64,000 nt of DNA, taken from the NCBI GenBank assembly GCA_964422025.1, contig CAYQYZ010000003.1:4280-68279 (forward strand), given 5' to 3'. The DNA is from an uncultured Gammaproteobacteria bacterium (GTDB lineage: Bacteria > Patescibacteriota > Microgenomatia > UBA1406 > HO2-37-13b). Positions 27,233 through 36,134 of the stretch are shown here, one piece after another; position 1 is the first letter of the stretch; each line of letters begins with the position of its first letter. A program made the position numbers and the translations under genes. Under the pieces are notes generated by a model. It had not been told where the DNA came from. It made no database searches and was given only the letters and a program-made list of their open reading frames with translations.

Positions 27233-27580
27233 ATGCTAGCTGAAATATTTGATGACGCCAGTGATTTCTTTGAAGATATTTATGAAAATCTTTTTGAACG
27301 CGAAGCGCTTAGTCGTAAAGACCACTCTGCTGTAGTTGCTCGCACAAAGCACGCCTATCAGTACACGGAGCGAGTAGAGAGTGTGTTAAAAATGATTTTT
27401 GGCATTTCAATCGTTGTATCTGCTATTGTTGCTACGGTATGGGGATTTTCAAGCGTTGGCGAAATGGTAAAAGCACTCGTGAGTAGCTGGTACGGCCGAC
27501 TCGCATTGGGCATAATTGGCGTGAGTTATTTTTTAAACGGATTATGGCGCTATTTGCATATACAAAGCAAAGATATATAA
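27233..27580 (+). CDS. hypothetical membrane protein
   Basis: 115 aa with two predicted TM helices. Confidence 0.5.
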   Translation: MLAEIFDDASDFFEDIYENLFEREALSRKDHSAVVARTKHAYQYTERVESVLKMIFGISIVVSAIVATVWGFSSVGEMVKALVSSWYGRLALGIIGVSYFLNGLWRYLHIQSKDI

Positions 27581-27653
27581 TTACTTTATGAACAAAACTA
27601 AAAGAGTTATCTCTATTTCAAATTGATACTATTTTTTCAGAGTTATAATCTCT

Positions 27654-28034
27654 GTGTCAGTCCTGTATTTCGCTTATATTTTTTTTTCAGCTGTTGTATA
27701 CGAGTTGCGTTACGTACTAACCGGCTTGCTTGGAATTATCCTTTTTGTGCAATACACGTTGTATTGGCTTAAATCAGGCATTTATATTACGAGCGAAGGT
27801 GATCATATTGTGAAATGGGCAGGGTGGGTTGCTAAAGAAGATAAATTATTAAATGGAGTAGTTATTTCCAACCAAGTTGTTCGAGGTCCACTTGATCAGC
27901 TTTTAGGAATGGCAACATTGACTACCGGAATTTTCGCCGCCCGAAAATTAATTGATGTTCGATATGCCGATATTGGGAAATACGATGAATTAATGCGGCA
28001 AGGTAGTACTCAAACGTTCGTTTCGCCATTCTAA
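27654..28034 (+). CDS. membrane protein with bacterial PH (YdbS/YdbT-like) domain
   Basis: Two N-terminal TM helices followed by a bPH-like segment. GTG start lies 4 nt after a TATAAT. Confidence 0.35.
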   Translation: MSVLYFAYIFFSAVVYELRYVLTGLLGIILFVQYTLYWLKSGIYITSEGDHIVKWAGWVAKEDKLLNGVVISNQVVRGPLDQLLGMATLTTGIFAARKLIDVRYADIGKYDELMRQGSTQTFVSPF

Positions 28035-28051
28035 CATTCTTTACCTTTCTA

Positions 28052-29896
28052 TTAGAGTAGATCAAATGCAAAGATCTTTCCATTGTTTGTTGTCGTAAAT
28101 ACCCGATTATTTTCTACTGCTGGCGCCTGGCTTACTACGCTTCCTGCAATTGTATACGTAGACTGTTTTTGAGTGCTTTCATCAAACACATACCATGTAT
28201 GTTGGTTTGAGCTAAAATCATTATTTGCAAAGAACAATTTTTTATCTTTATACGTATAGGTGTCAGGCGTAACCAATCCTGAACCGATTAAAGTGCTCCA
28301 ATTCACACTTTGTTTAAATGGGTCCATGTTATATACGTCGCTACTTCCACTTTGACGAATAAAATATACGTTGTCACCGGCTGATAGAAATCGCATGTTA
28401 CGTACATTTGATTGCGTCTGGGTAAATGTTATCGATTTTTGTTGGCCGGTTTTTTTATCAAGTTCATACAAACGATTAAAATCATATCCACCTACAAATA
28501 AACTTTCTTTCTTAAAATCAGTAAAATCGATTCCGGTCATTTCGTGGGAATAAAAGACCCGACTCCATAATTGTTTCATTTCAGGGTATGAGTACACAGT
28601 TATGTTATTTGTTTTATTCTCGCTGTTCCAATATAAGTAGCTTGTAAATACATATATCGTATTGTCATGAAAAATAATATCTCGTGGCGAGCTGGGTGTT
28701 GTAACCACTTCTTCAGGGTGAAAATAGCGCAGGCCAGGTACAGTTCCAAGATTTTGTCCAGATTGTGGATCTAATATTTTGATTGTGTCATCAATATAAA
28801 ATAGTTTTTTATCGATTAACGCAACGGGGACTTTGTCCGACGATGGTATATCAATTGTAGAATCGTGGTACCATGCAATACGTTTTTGCGCAACTGAAAT
28901 AGCAGACAGTCTATTTTTTTCGCTTGTATCAGCGGCCTTAGAAAGAACGTACAGCGTGTCTTCAATAAGACGAGGTTGTGCGGTAATGGGTCCGCCGACA
29001 TCCGATTTCCACAAAACAGCTCCACTATTTTTATCAATCATATACACATCTCCTGTTGAATCAGCGGTCAAAAGTAATGAGTCGTAAATAATCGGCGCAA
29101 ATAGCGTTATATTTTCTCCATCTTCTTTGAGTGTTGATTCCCAAACTTTGTTAGCTTTATTATTTGGAGAAATCTGGGGACCAGAAGCTGATCCATTATA
29201 TATGTCCTTACGTAAATCAAAACTTTTTAATATGTATGCAATCTCATTTTTATGAAGCTGTGAAATTGTTGGCGCATTTAAATGAACGCTAATGTAAATA
29301 CGACTATCATTTTTTTCTAGCACAAACTCTTGTACGGGTACTGAACGTGGTTTGTTTTGAAATGAATCAATTTCAGTTCGTACATATGTAATACCCTTAA
29401 AACCATTAAATGCAACGCGCAAAGTATATTGCGGTGTATGAGAATCTTTTTTCCATTGCTCAAAAATAGAGTCTACCGTTTGAAAAGGGATTTTATCGGA
29501 ATGGGTAGTAATTTCAATTAATGGACTTTCATGCTTTTGTTTGTCTTGCAACCAAATTGTTGTAGGATTATCGCGCCAGCCTTCCGGATGCTTGAAAGCA
29601 TATTTTGTCTGAAAGTCAACAATTGATGTGGTAGGTTTATCTGAAGCTGCATTTAAAATATCTTCTTCTGAAATGAATGTATCACTGTCTTTGGTTAGAA
29701 TATTTTTACTTTGTGATGAAAGTGTTCCCACCAATGATGATCCTGATGGAAAAAACTTGTGCCTATTTAGAAATAATATTCCAACGCTTACCAAAAGCAC
29801 AATTCCTAAAAGTCCAAAAAAACTCTTTCTCCATGCAGTTTCGGGAAGAGGGGCAGGTACTGTAGGTTCATTAGTTACTAAATGATCTTCATCCAT
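28052..29896 (-). CDS. membrane-anchored PQQ-like beta-propeller repeat protein
   Basis: N-terminal TM helix. Repeats of the BamB/PQQ type (GDVYMIDKNSGAVLWKSDVGGPITAQP). Confidence 0.65.
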   Translation of the reverse strand: MDEDHLVTNEPTVPAPLPETAWRKSFFGLLGIVLLVSVGILFLNRHKFFPSGSSLVGTLSSQSKNILTKDSDTFISEEDILNAASDKPTTSIVDFQTKYAFKHPEGWRDNPTTIWLQDKQKHESPLIEITTHSDKIPFQTVDSIFEQWKKDSHTPQYTLRVAFNGFKGITYVRTEIDSFQNKPRSVPVQEFVLEKNDSRIYISVHLNAPTISQLHKNEIAYILKSFDLRKDIYNGSASGPQISPNNKANKVWESTLKEDGENITLFAPIIYDSLLLTADSTGDVYMIDKNSGAVLWKSDVGGPITAQPRLIEDTLYVLSKAADTSEKNRLSAISVAQKRIAWYHDSTIDIPSSDKVPVALIDKKLFYIDDTIKILDPQSGQNLGTVPGLRYFHPEEVVTTPSSPRDIIFHDNTIYVFTSYLYWNSENKTNNITVYSYPEMKQLWSRVFYSHEMTGIDFTDFKKESLFVGGYDFNRLYELDKKTGQQKSITFTQTQSNVRNMRFLSAGDNVYFIRQSGSSDVYNMDPFKQSVNWSTLIGSGLVTPDTYTYKDKKLFFANNDFSSNQHTWYVFDESTQKQSTYTIAGSVVSQAPAVENNRVFTTTNNGKIFAFDLL

Positions 29897-29897
29897 G

Positions 29898-30593
29898 TTA
29901 TTCAGCTAAAAGTGTATTAATCTCATTTTCAACCACATAATAACTTCCCGCACCCTGATGGTGTTTACGAATATACCCTTCCTTATCGATTACAAAAAAG
30001 TCTGGCCACGATGAAATGTTGTAAGCTTTTCGTAGCGTTTCATTGGTATCTTGTGCATAAGGAAATGTGATTGCGTTCTTATTTACAAATGCTTGGCCTT
30101 CTACATCGTAATTTGCATCGCCCGCTCGGTCGTGACCTGCATAAGGAGTATTTATTCCCAAAACCACCAGTCCTTTGCTAGAATATAGCTCGTGCCATTT
30201 TTTCAGTTCAGGCAGTGGCTGTACACAGTATGTGTAAATTTTAGGTGTACAAAAATACATAACGACCACTTTTCCGCGTAAATCTTGAATTGACAATGGA
30301 TCGGTATTTATCCATTTAGTAATACCTACAATTTCAGGTGCGAGTGTAAATGAGTCTTTTGAAACTTTTGGACCCTTTTTTTGAACTTGTTCAGTTGTTG
30401 GCTTTAATGACTTCGAAGCTGTTGTATTTGTTTCAAGCGTATTTTGTGCGGATCGATTGGGAATGAGCCAATATATTATGGCAAGGAGCGAAATAATGAA
30501 AAGAACGGTAACTCCAATAAATGCATGTTTCCACATGGCTGCAGAAGATGATGCTTGGGGAAGTATTTCTGACTCAGTTTGTTCTGGTTGCAT
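29898..30593 (-). CDS. membrane-anchored redoxin/TlpA-like protein with atypical active-site region
   Basis: Thioredoxin-fold context GKVVVMYFCTPKIYTYC in place of WCxxC. TATAAT (30599-30604, minus strand) lies 5 nt before the ATG. Confidence 0.5.
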   Translation of the reverse strand: MQPEQTESEILPQASSSAAMWKHAFIGVTVLFIISLLAIIYWLIPNRSAQNTLETNTTASKSLKPTTEQVQKKGPKVSKDSFTLAPEIVGITKWINTDPLSIQDLRGKVVVMYFCTPKIYTYCVQPLPELKKWHELYSSKGLVVLGINTPYAGHDRAGDANYDVEGQAFVNKNAITFPYAQDTNETLRKAYNISSWPDFFVIDKEGYIRKHHQGAGSYYVVENEINTLLAE

Positions 30594-30651
30594 AGTATAT
30601 TATATATCTAAATTGTGTATTTATGGTGGGTAAGTACGGTATACTATTCCC

Positions 30652-31221
30652 ATGCCTTTAGTCATTATTATTTCTGGTCCACCGGGAAGCGGAAAAACAA
30701 CACTTGCTCATAAGTTGGCTGCAACGTTACAGTTACCATTGGTAAGTAGGGATGCGATTAAAGAAACGCTTGCACAAACATTCGGCAAATCAAATACACG
30801 GTTTAGTAAACAAATTTCCAAAGAATCATACGAAATACTACTTTCCAAGTGTGAGCAACTTTTGGAGTCCGATAATTCGTTTATTGTAGAAAGTAATTTC
30901 CAACCAGCATTTGCAAATGCCACGTTTAAGAAGCTGCAACAAAAACATTATTTCACCGCCGTGCAAATTTATTTTACAGCTGCAGTTGAAATTCTTTATG
31001 AACGGTTCAAGGGAAGAGTTGATAATGGAGAGCGTCATCCAGCGCACAATGATGAAAATGTAACATTTGAAAAATTCAAAACTACCATTGAAAATAAATA
31101 TAACCCGTTAAATATTAACGGGCGATTGATTCAACTAAATACGAATGATTTTGCCCACGTTAATATGACTCGACTTATTCAGGAAATGCAGACTGCTCTT
31201 GCGCAAACTGATACACTTTAG
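30652..31221 (+). CDS. P-loop ATPase/kinase (AAA_33/zeta-toxin-like fold)
   Basis: Walker A motif IIISGPPGSGKTTLA. TATACT at 30640-30645 lies 6 nt before the ATG. Confidence 0.6.
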   Translation: MPLVIIISGPPGSGKTTLAHKLAATLQLPLVSRDAIKETLAQTFGKSNTRFSKQISKESYEILLSKCEQLLESDNSFIVESNFQPAFANATFKKLQQKHYFTAVQIYFTAAVEILYERFKGRVDNGERHPAHNDENVTFEKFKTTIENKYNPLNINGRLIQLNTNDFAHVNMTRLIQEMQTALAQTDTL

Positions 31222-31261
31222 AGATTGTGATACCATACATAATTTTTGTTATACTTCAATC

Positions 31262-31648
31262 ATGAAAACTATCTTGGTAGATGCAGTAAATACATTTGTA
31301 ATCGAGGGAGAGGGTGTATATGGACCAATGCAAGACCTCCTTGAGACGTATCCCAATACAAAAATCATCGTTTCAAATGCCAATGATGAAGAATTTGAAC
31401 TGTTTAGCTTAACCAATCTCCCATACGAATTATATACGCTTAAACACAATCCAAATAAAACTGATTCCGACTATTTTAAACAATTATTTGCACACTATAA
31501 TTTAACCGCAAGTGATGTAATCTACTTTGAACATAATCCGGAAGCAGTAAAAAGTGCTCAATCATTAGGAATACCTTCGTTTTGGTATGATCCTGATAAA
31601 AGAGATTTGGAAGAGTTGAAAAATTTCCTTGATACGAACCTCTCGTAA
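31262..31648 (+). CDS. HAD-like domain protein (degenerate motif I)
   Basis: MKTILVDAVNTF is a DxVxT variant of motif I, with VSNA as motif II. The start is refined by the extended -10 TGtTATACT (31247-31255) and a 6-nt spacer. Confidence 0.35.
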   Translation: MKTILVDAVNTFVIEGEGVYGPMQDLLETYPNTKIIVSNANDEEFELFSLTNLPYELYTLKHNPNKTDSDYFKQLFAHYNLTASDVIYFEHNPEAVKSAQSLGIPSFWYDPDKRDLEELKNFLDTNLS

Positions 31649-31681
31649 GCTTATTCAGCCTTAAATTTGATATAATACAGC

Positions 31682-33004
31682 ATGTTCCTTATTCAATTTC
31701 TTCTGGTTATATCCCTCGTTTTACTTAACGGATTTTTTGTTGCATCCGAATTTGCCCTCGTCGCTATTCGAAAAACACGCATTGAAGAGCTCGTGAAACG
31801 TGGTAATAAATCTGCAAACCTTGTTCTTATAGCTATTAATGATTTAGAAAGTTACATATCGGCCACCCAGCTTGGAATCACGCTTTCAAGCCTTGCATTA
31901 GGTTGGATCGGAGAACCCGCTATTGCCCATTTTCTAGAACCGTATTTCACATTCCTGCCTCACAATGCTGCATTTTTCACCGCTCATACCGTAGCAGTTA
32001 TTATTGCATTTTCGATTATTACCTTCTTGCATATCGTGCTGGGTGAACTTGCTCCAAAAACTGTCGCACTGCAAAGTGCCGAAAAAACATCATTAGTTAT
32101 CATCGCCCCACTCATGGTTTTCACAAAAGTTTTCAGACCTGTTGTTTGGTTACTCAATGGAGCCGGATCACTTATTTTAAAACTCTTCGGGTTCACCGCT
32201 CCTACCGGGCATCAATTAGTACATTCAGAAGATGAAATTAAATTGATTCTTGCCCAAAGCGAAGCCGGTGGAGCGCTTGAAAAAAGGGAAGTGGCCATGA
32301 TTCACAAAGTTTTGCAACTGGGCGATATTCCAGTAAAAAATATCATGATGCCTCGAACCGAAATTAAAGCGCTGGACGCGGGAATTGTGATTAAAGAATT
32401 ACGGAAAGTAATTCGGGGAGACTCGGTCAGTCGATATCCGGTGTATGACGGCACCATAGATACAATTATTGGATATATTCATGAAAAAGATATTTCACAA
32501 TTAAGTGCTGATAAAAAAGATGTAATGCTGGTAGAAAGTGGCGCAATAAGAAACATTATTAGTGTTCCTGAGCTTCGTCGAATCGATGACGTATTACACG
32601 CAATGCGAAAACAAAAAGTGCATATGGCTATTGTGACCGATGAATATGGTGGCACATCGGGGATTATTACGTTGGAAGACATACTTGAAAGCATAGTCGG
32701 AGAAATTTATGACGAATTTGATAAGACTGAATCCACCATGCAACGATTGTCGAATGGATCATATATCGTTGATGCATTAGTTCCAATTACGGCTATCCAA
32801 CAAAAATTTAGCGTGCCGATTAAAGGATATGGATATGTAACAATTGGTGGGGTTGTATATGGCCAGCTTGGTAAGGAACCAAATATTGATGATGTTGTTC
32901 AACTGGGAACGCTTCAATTTACGGTGAAGGATATTGAAAAGAAGCGAATAAAAACGCTCCTGTTAAAGATTCTAAAAAAGAATGAGAAAGTTCCAGCTAA
33001 ATAA
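31682..33004 (+). CDS. hemolysin/CNNM family protein (DUF21-CBS pair-CorC_HlyC)
   Basis: N-terminal four-TM DUF21 domain, a CBS pair, and a C-terminal CorC/HlyC transporter-associated domain. Confidence 0.8.
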   Translation: MFLIQFLLVISLVLLNGFFVASEFALVAIRKTRIEELVKRGNKSANLVLIAINDLESYISATQLGITLSSLALGWIGEPAIAHFLEPYFTFLPHNAAFFTAHTVAVIIAFSIITFLHIVLGELAPKTVALQSAEKTSLVIIAPLMVFTKVFRPVVWLLNGAGSLILKLFGFTAPTGHQLVHSEDEIKLILAQSEAGGALEKREVAMIHKVLQLGDIPVKNIMMPRTEIKALDAGIVIKELRKVIRGDSVSRYPVYDGTIDTIIGYIHEKDISQLSADKKDVMLVESGAIRNIISVPELRRIDDVLHAMRKQKVHMAIVTDEYGGTSGIITLEDILESIVGEIYDEFDKTESTMQRLSNGSYIVDALVPITAIQQKFSVPIKGYGYVTIGGVVYGQLGKEPNIDDVVQLGTLQFTVKDIEKKRIKTLLLKILKKNEKVPAK

Positions 33005-33626
33005 ATTAGTCAGGGATAAAATTGTAGATGAGATGATTACGATTGGTGATACGCCTACTTGGAGGAAATTGTCGCAAAAGGAGTATATACTGGCATTGAA
33101 GAAAAAATTAGTCGAAGAATCGAACGAGGTTTTGAAAGCTTCTAATAAAGATATATTGGATGAACTTGCTGCTACACAGGAGATTATCGATTCTATCTTA
33201 AATACTCTTCAAATATCCAAAAGTGATTTTGCCAAAATTCAGAAGAAGAAAAACACAGAGAAAGGTTCATTTAAAAAAAAACTATTTGTTGAGTTTTTAG
33301 AAGCAGAAGCGGGGTCTAAATGGGCAAACTACTTTGGTGCAGATCCAAAGAAATATCCAGAAGTCAAAGCGTTAAACAAAAAATCGCCCTATTATTTTTA
33401 CATGTTAAGATGTGCCGATAACTCTCTATACTGTGGAATAACGAATGATGTGCAAAGTCGGTTAAAGGAGCATAATGCTAGTAAGGGCTCAAAATACGTT
33501 CGATCTCGCCTGCCCGCTACTCTCGCGTATGCTGAGGAGTATACCGATATCTCACGCGCTTTAAAACGCGAAGCAGAAGTGAAAAAATGGAGTAAAATTA
33601 GGAAAGAGGAATTAGTAAAAGTATGA
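32982..33626 (+). CDS. fusion of MazG-like all-alpha NTP pyrophosphohydrolase domain and GIY-YIG nuclease domain
   Basis: The N-terminus NKLVRDKIVDEM...LKKKLVEESNEV is MazG-like. The C-terminus YYFYMLRCADNSLYCGITNDVQSRLKEHN...EAEVKKW is GIY-YIG/UPF0213-like. Confidence 0.6.
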   Translation: MRKFQLNKLVRDKIVDEMITIGDTPTWRKLSQKEYILALKKKLVEESNEVLKASNKDILDELAATQEIIDSILNTLQISKSDFAKIQKKKNTEKGSFKKKLFVEFLEAEAGSKWANYFGADPKKYPEVKALNKKSPYYFYMLRCADNSLYCGITNDVQSRLKEHNASKGSKYVRSRLPATLAYAEEYTDISRALKREAEVKKWSKIRKEELVKV

Positions 33627-34204
33627 ACATTGAATTCGAAGCAACATTCACAAATATTGATAAAGATGAAATTCGTGCAAAACTCTCCGCAGTGGGAGCT
33701 AAATTAATACGGTCAGAATACCTGCAAAAAAGGTTTGTTTTTACGCTTCCAAAAGGACATGAAATTCCTGGTGGATGGTTGCGTGTTCGCGATGAGGGCG
33801 ACAAAATTACCATGAGTTTGAAAGTTGTTAGTGGAAATACCATCGAAGATCAAAAAGAGATTTGTTTAACAGTTAATGATTTTAATGAAGCCGTTTTGTT
33901 TTTGGAATCAATGGGTTGTGATAAAAAGGCATATCAGGAAAGTAAACGAGAATTATGGACGCTCGATGATGTAGAAATTACGATCGATGAGTGGCCGTTT
34001 CTGGAACCACTCGTTGAGATCGAGGGGAAATCGAAAACAGAAGTTGAAAGTGTTTCAAAAAAACTTGGATTCGATTTTTCAAAAGCAATCTTCGATACAG
34101 TTGGTAAATTGTATGATGATAAATATGGAATAAAGCCAGGTACCTTTAATAAGCAGGCTCCGCCGATCCTGAAATTTGGCGATAAAAATCCATTTATAAA
34201 GTGA
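33623..34204 (+). CDS. CYTH domain protein (class IV adenylate cyclase / triphosphatase family)
   Basis: N-terminal NIEFEATF matches the ExExK-type motif, with LRVRDEGDKITMSLK further on. Confidence 0.6.
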   Translation: MNIEFEATFTNIDKDEIRAKLSAVGAKLIRSEYLQKRFVFTLPKGHEIPGGWLRVRDEGDKITMSLKVVSGNTIEDQKEICLTVNDFNEAVLFLESMGCDKKAYQESKRELWTLDDVEITIDEWPFLEPLVEIEGKSKTEVESVSKKLGFDFSKAIFDTVGKLYDDKYGIKPGTFNKQAPPILKFGDKNPFIK

Positions 34205-34229
34205 TTATCGATTCTATATAATCAAACCT

Positions 34230-34877
34230 ATGCTTAAAGCAATAATATTCGACATGAACGGCGTCATCATCAATGACGAGCACTATCATAATGAATCGTG
34301 GAATGAATTCTTGGAAAAGTATGGTTTTACTCTAACAACCGAAGAATTTGAAACACAAATAATGGGGAAGCGTGATAAAGATACGCTGCAATATTTATTC
34401 AAAAGATCTTTAACTCCTGAGGAGATAACAATGTATTGCAACGAGCGTGATGCGATTGTTCAAAAATTGGTTGAGGGTAAATTGCAACTGACGTCAGGAT
34501 TGCGTGAGTTTTTAGATTCAGTTCGGCAGGCTCATATTCCCCTTGCAATAGCCACAAGTTCTCGAAAGGAATACATGGATTTTATTGTTGATACATATGA
34601 TATTCGAAAATACTTTCAATTTATTGTGACGGGTGATGAGGTGGTACATGGAAAACCGGATCCTGAGATTTATTTAAAGGCTGCAAATCTCTTGGGAGTC
34701 GAGCCAACAGATTGCTTGGTATTCGAAGATTCTGCATCGGGAATTAAAGCAGCAAAAGCCGCAGGTATGAAAGTTGTAGGAATCACGACGAGTTTGTCGC
34801 ATGATGTGCTGAGTTCGGTAGATAAAATTATTGATGATTTTACTGAGGTTTCTATCGAAGAATTAAAGCAATTGTAA
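34230..34877 (+). CDS. HAD-IA family hydrolase (beta-phosphoglucomutase-like)
   Basis: Motif I is IIFDMNGVII, followed by TSS and a C-terminal FEDSASGIKAAKAAGM. Confidence 0.75.
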   Translation: MLKAIIFDMNGVIINDEHYHNESWNEFLEKYGFTLTTEEFETQIMGKRDKDTLQYLFKRSLTPEEITMYCNERDAIVQKLVEGKLQLTSGLREFLDSVRQAHIPLAIATSSRKEYMDFIVDTYDIRKYFQFIVTGDEVVHGKPDPEIYLKAANLLGVEPTDCLVFEDSASGIKAAKAAGMKVVGITTSLSHDVLSSVDKIIDDFTEVSIEELKQL

Positions 34878-34886
34878 TCAAATCAT

Positions 34887-35528
34887 TTAATTATCGAATA
34901 ACTTCATCAGTTCTTCTACATTATATTCCGTCACGATCACATCTGCTCCATCAAGCTCTTGATCTTCGTTATTATTGCGAGCTACGCAAAAGAATTCTCC
35001 ATTTTTTGCGGCCTGTACTCCGCTTGTTGCATCTTCGAATACAATACAATCAACAGCGGTTAATCCTAATCGAGATGCTGATTTTAAGAATAATTCTGGA
35101 TTAGGCTTTCCTAAAGTTACATCTTCTGCAAACAATGTTGATTCAAAGAAATGCATAACATCTTTTCCTAACAAAAGAGCGGTTTGTTTCGAGGCACTTG
35201 TCGCTAGAGCTATCTTAATATTTTTACTAGTCAGTTCAGTCAAAAGTTCCAGGACACCTGGAAAGACTTTCACTGGATTCTTTTTAAGTTCTTCTATAAC
35301 GATTTCATCTTTCTCTTGGGAAAGCGCATTAATATCAAGCTCTAGTCGTTCTTTATTTTTTAAAATTATCTCAATAAATAAAATATTCTTCTTTCCGGCT
35401 TGCCACACCAATTCTTCGTCGGTGAGGTCAATATTGTATCTTTTAAAGAGCTTTGTCCAAGCATTTAAATGTAAACTTGCCGTATTTACGAGGGTTCCAT
35501 CGAGGTCAAAAATTGCACCTGTTTTCAT
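34887..35528 (-). CDS. HAD-IA family hydrolase
   Basis: Motif I is AIFDLDGTLVNT, followed by ATSA and FEDATSGVQAAKNG. Confidence 0.75.
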   Translation of the reverse strand: MKTGAIFDLDGTLVNTASLHLNAWTKLFKRYNIDLTDEELVWQAGKKNILFIEIILKNKERLELDINALSQEKDEIVIEELKKNPVKVFPGVLELLTELTSKNIKIALATSASKQTALLLGKDVMHFFESTLFAEDVTLGKPNPELFLKSASRLGLTAVDCIVFEDATSGVQAAKNGEFFCVARNNNEDQELDGADVIVTEYNVEELMKLFDN

Positions 35529-35537
35529 AAAAAGTAT

Positions 35538-36098
35538 TTACGGTCGGGGAGCTACTCTACGTATATCGTCACTAATACATCGAGGATCATTCGTTGGATT
35601 TTTTGGGTCGCAGCACATAAAGTAACTACCTCCTGTAAGTCGTACTACGTGTTTACATTCCACTCCATAGCCACATGCAACTGCTACAGAAGCATCGGGC
35701 AATCTTCTGTTAGCTCGTACCGTTGATCGATGATCACAGTAATCAAATTCTTTTGCTTGGCCCAAAGGAACCATACAATCTCGCTTTGCTTTTTCACCGA
35801 TTATGCAATTGGTACCGTATCCACATAAGCAAAGCCCTTTTTTATCAGTTGATTTGGTTTTTGTGCATGTAGTTCCTACAGCACAGTCTTTGTCGGAAGA
35901 ACAGCTTAGATTACATCCAATGGCAGCTTTTTTTGCAGCTGATGAAGGAAGTGTGATTTGTGAAGTTAATACTGCTGATGAAACCAAAAAAGCAAGAATT
36001 AGAAGAATTCCAATCGTCAAAACAGGCAGAAGCATTGGATTGAATTTGCTTCGGTATATATATACGTTCTTCTTTGATTTTACCTTAGTCTTTTTCAT
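35538..36098 (-). CDS. Cys-rich secreted/membrane-anchored hypothetical protein
   Basis: N-terminal TM/signal segment followed by a mature region with many Cys residues. Confidence 0.5.
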   Translation of the reverse strand: MKKTKVKSKKNVYIYRSKFNPMLLPVLTIGILLILAFLVSSAVLTSQITLPSSAAKKAAIGCNLSCSSDKDCAVGTTCTKTKSTDKKGLCLCGYGTNCIIGEKAKRDCMVPLGQAKEFDYCDHRSTVRANRRLPDASVAVACGYGVECKHVVRLTGGSYFMCCDPKNPTNDPRCISDDIRRVAPRP

Positions 36099-36134
36099 GG
36101 TTAGTTTGATTATACGAGTATTAATTTACGAATG

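Noticed and set aside
34975-35625. Long antisense ORFs (also 59509-60225, 49532-50047, 5034-5519, 15428-15925, 3848-4216, 23007-23267)
   Set aside because: Each lies entirely opposite a gene with strong family motifs. Their products are low-complexity (Ser/Leu/Phe-rich) shadow-frame sequences with no motifs.
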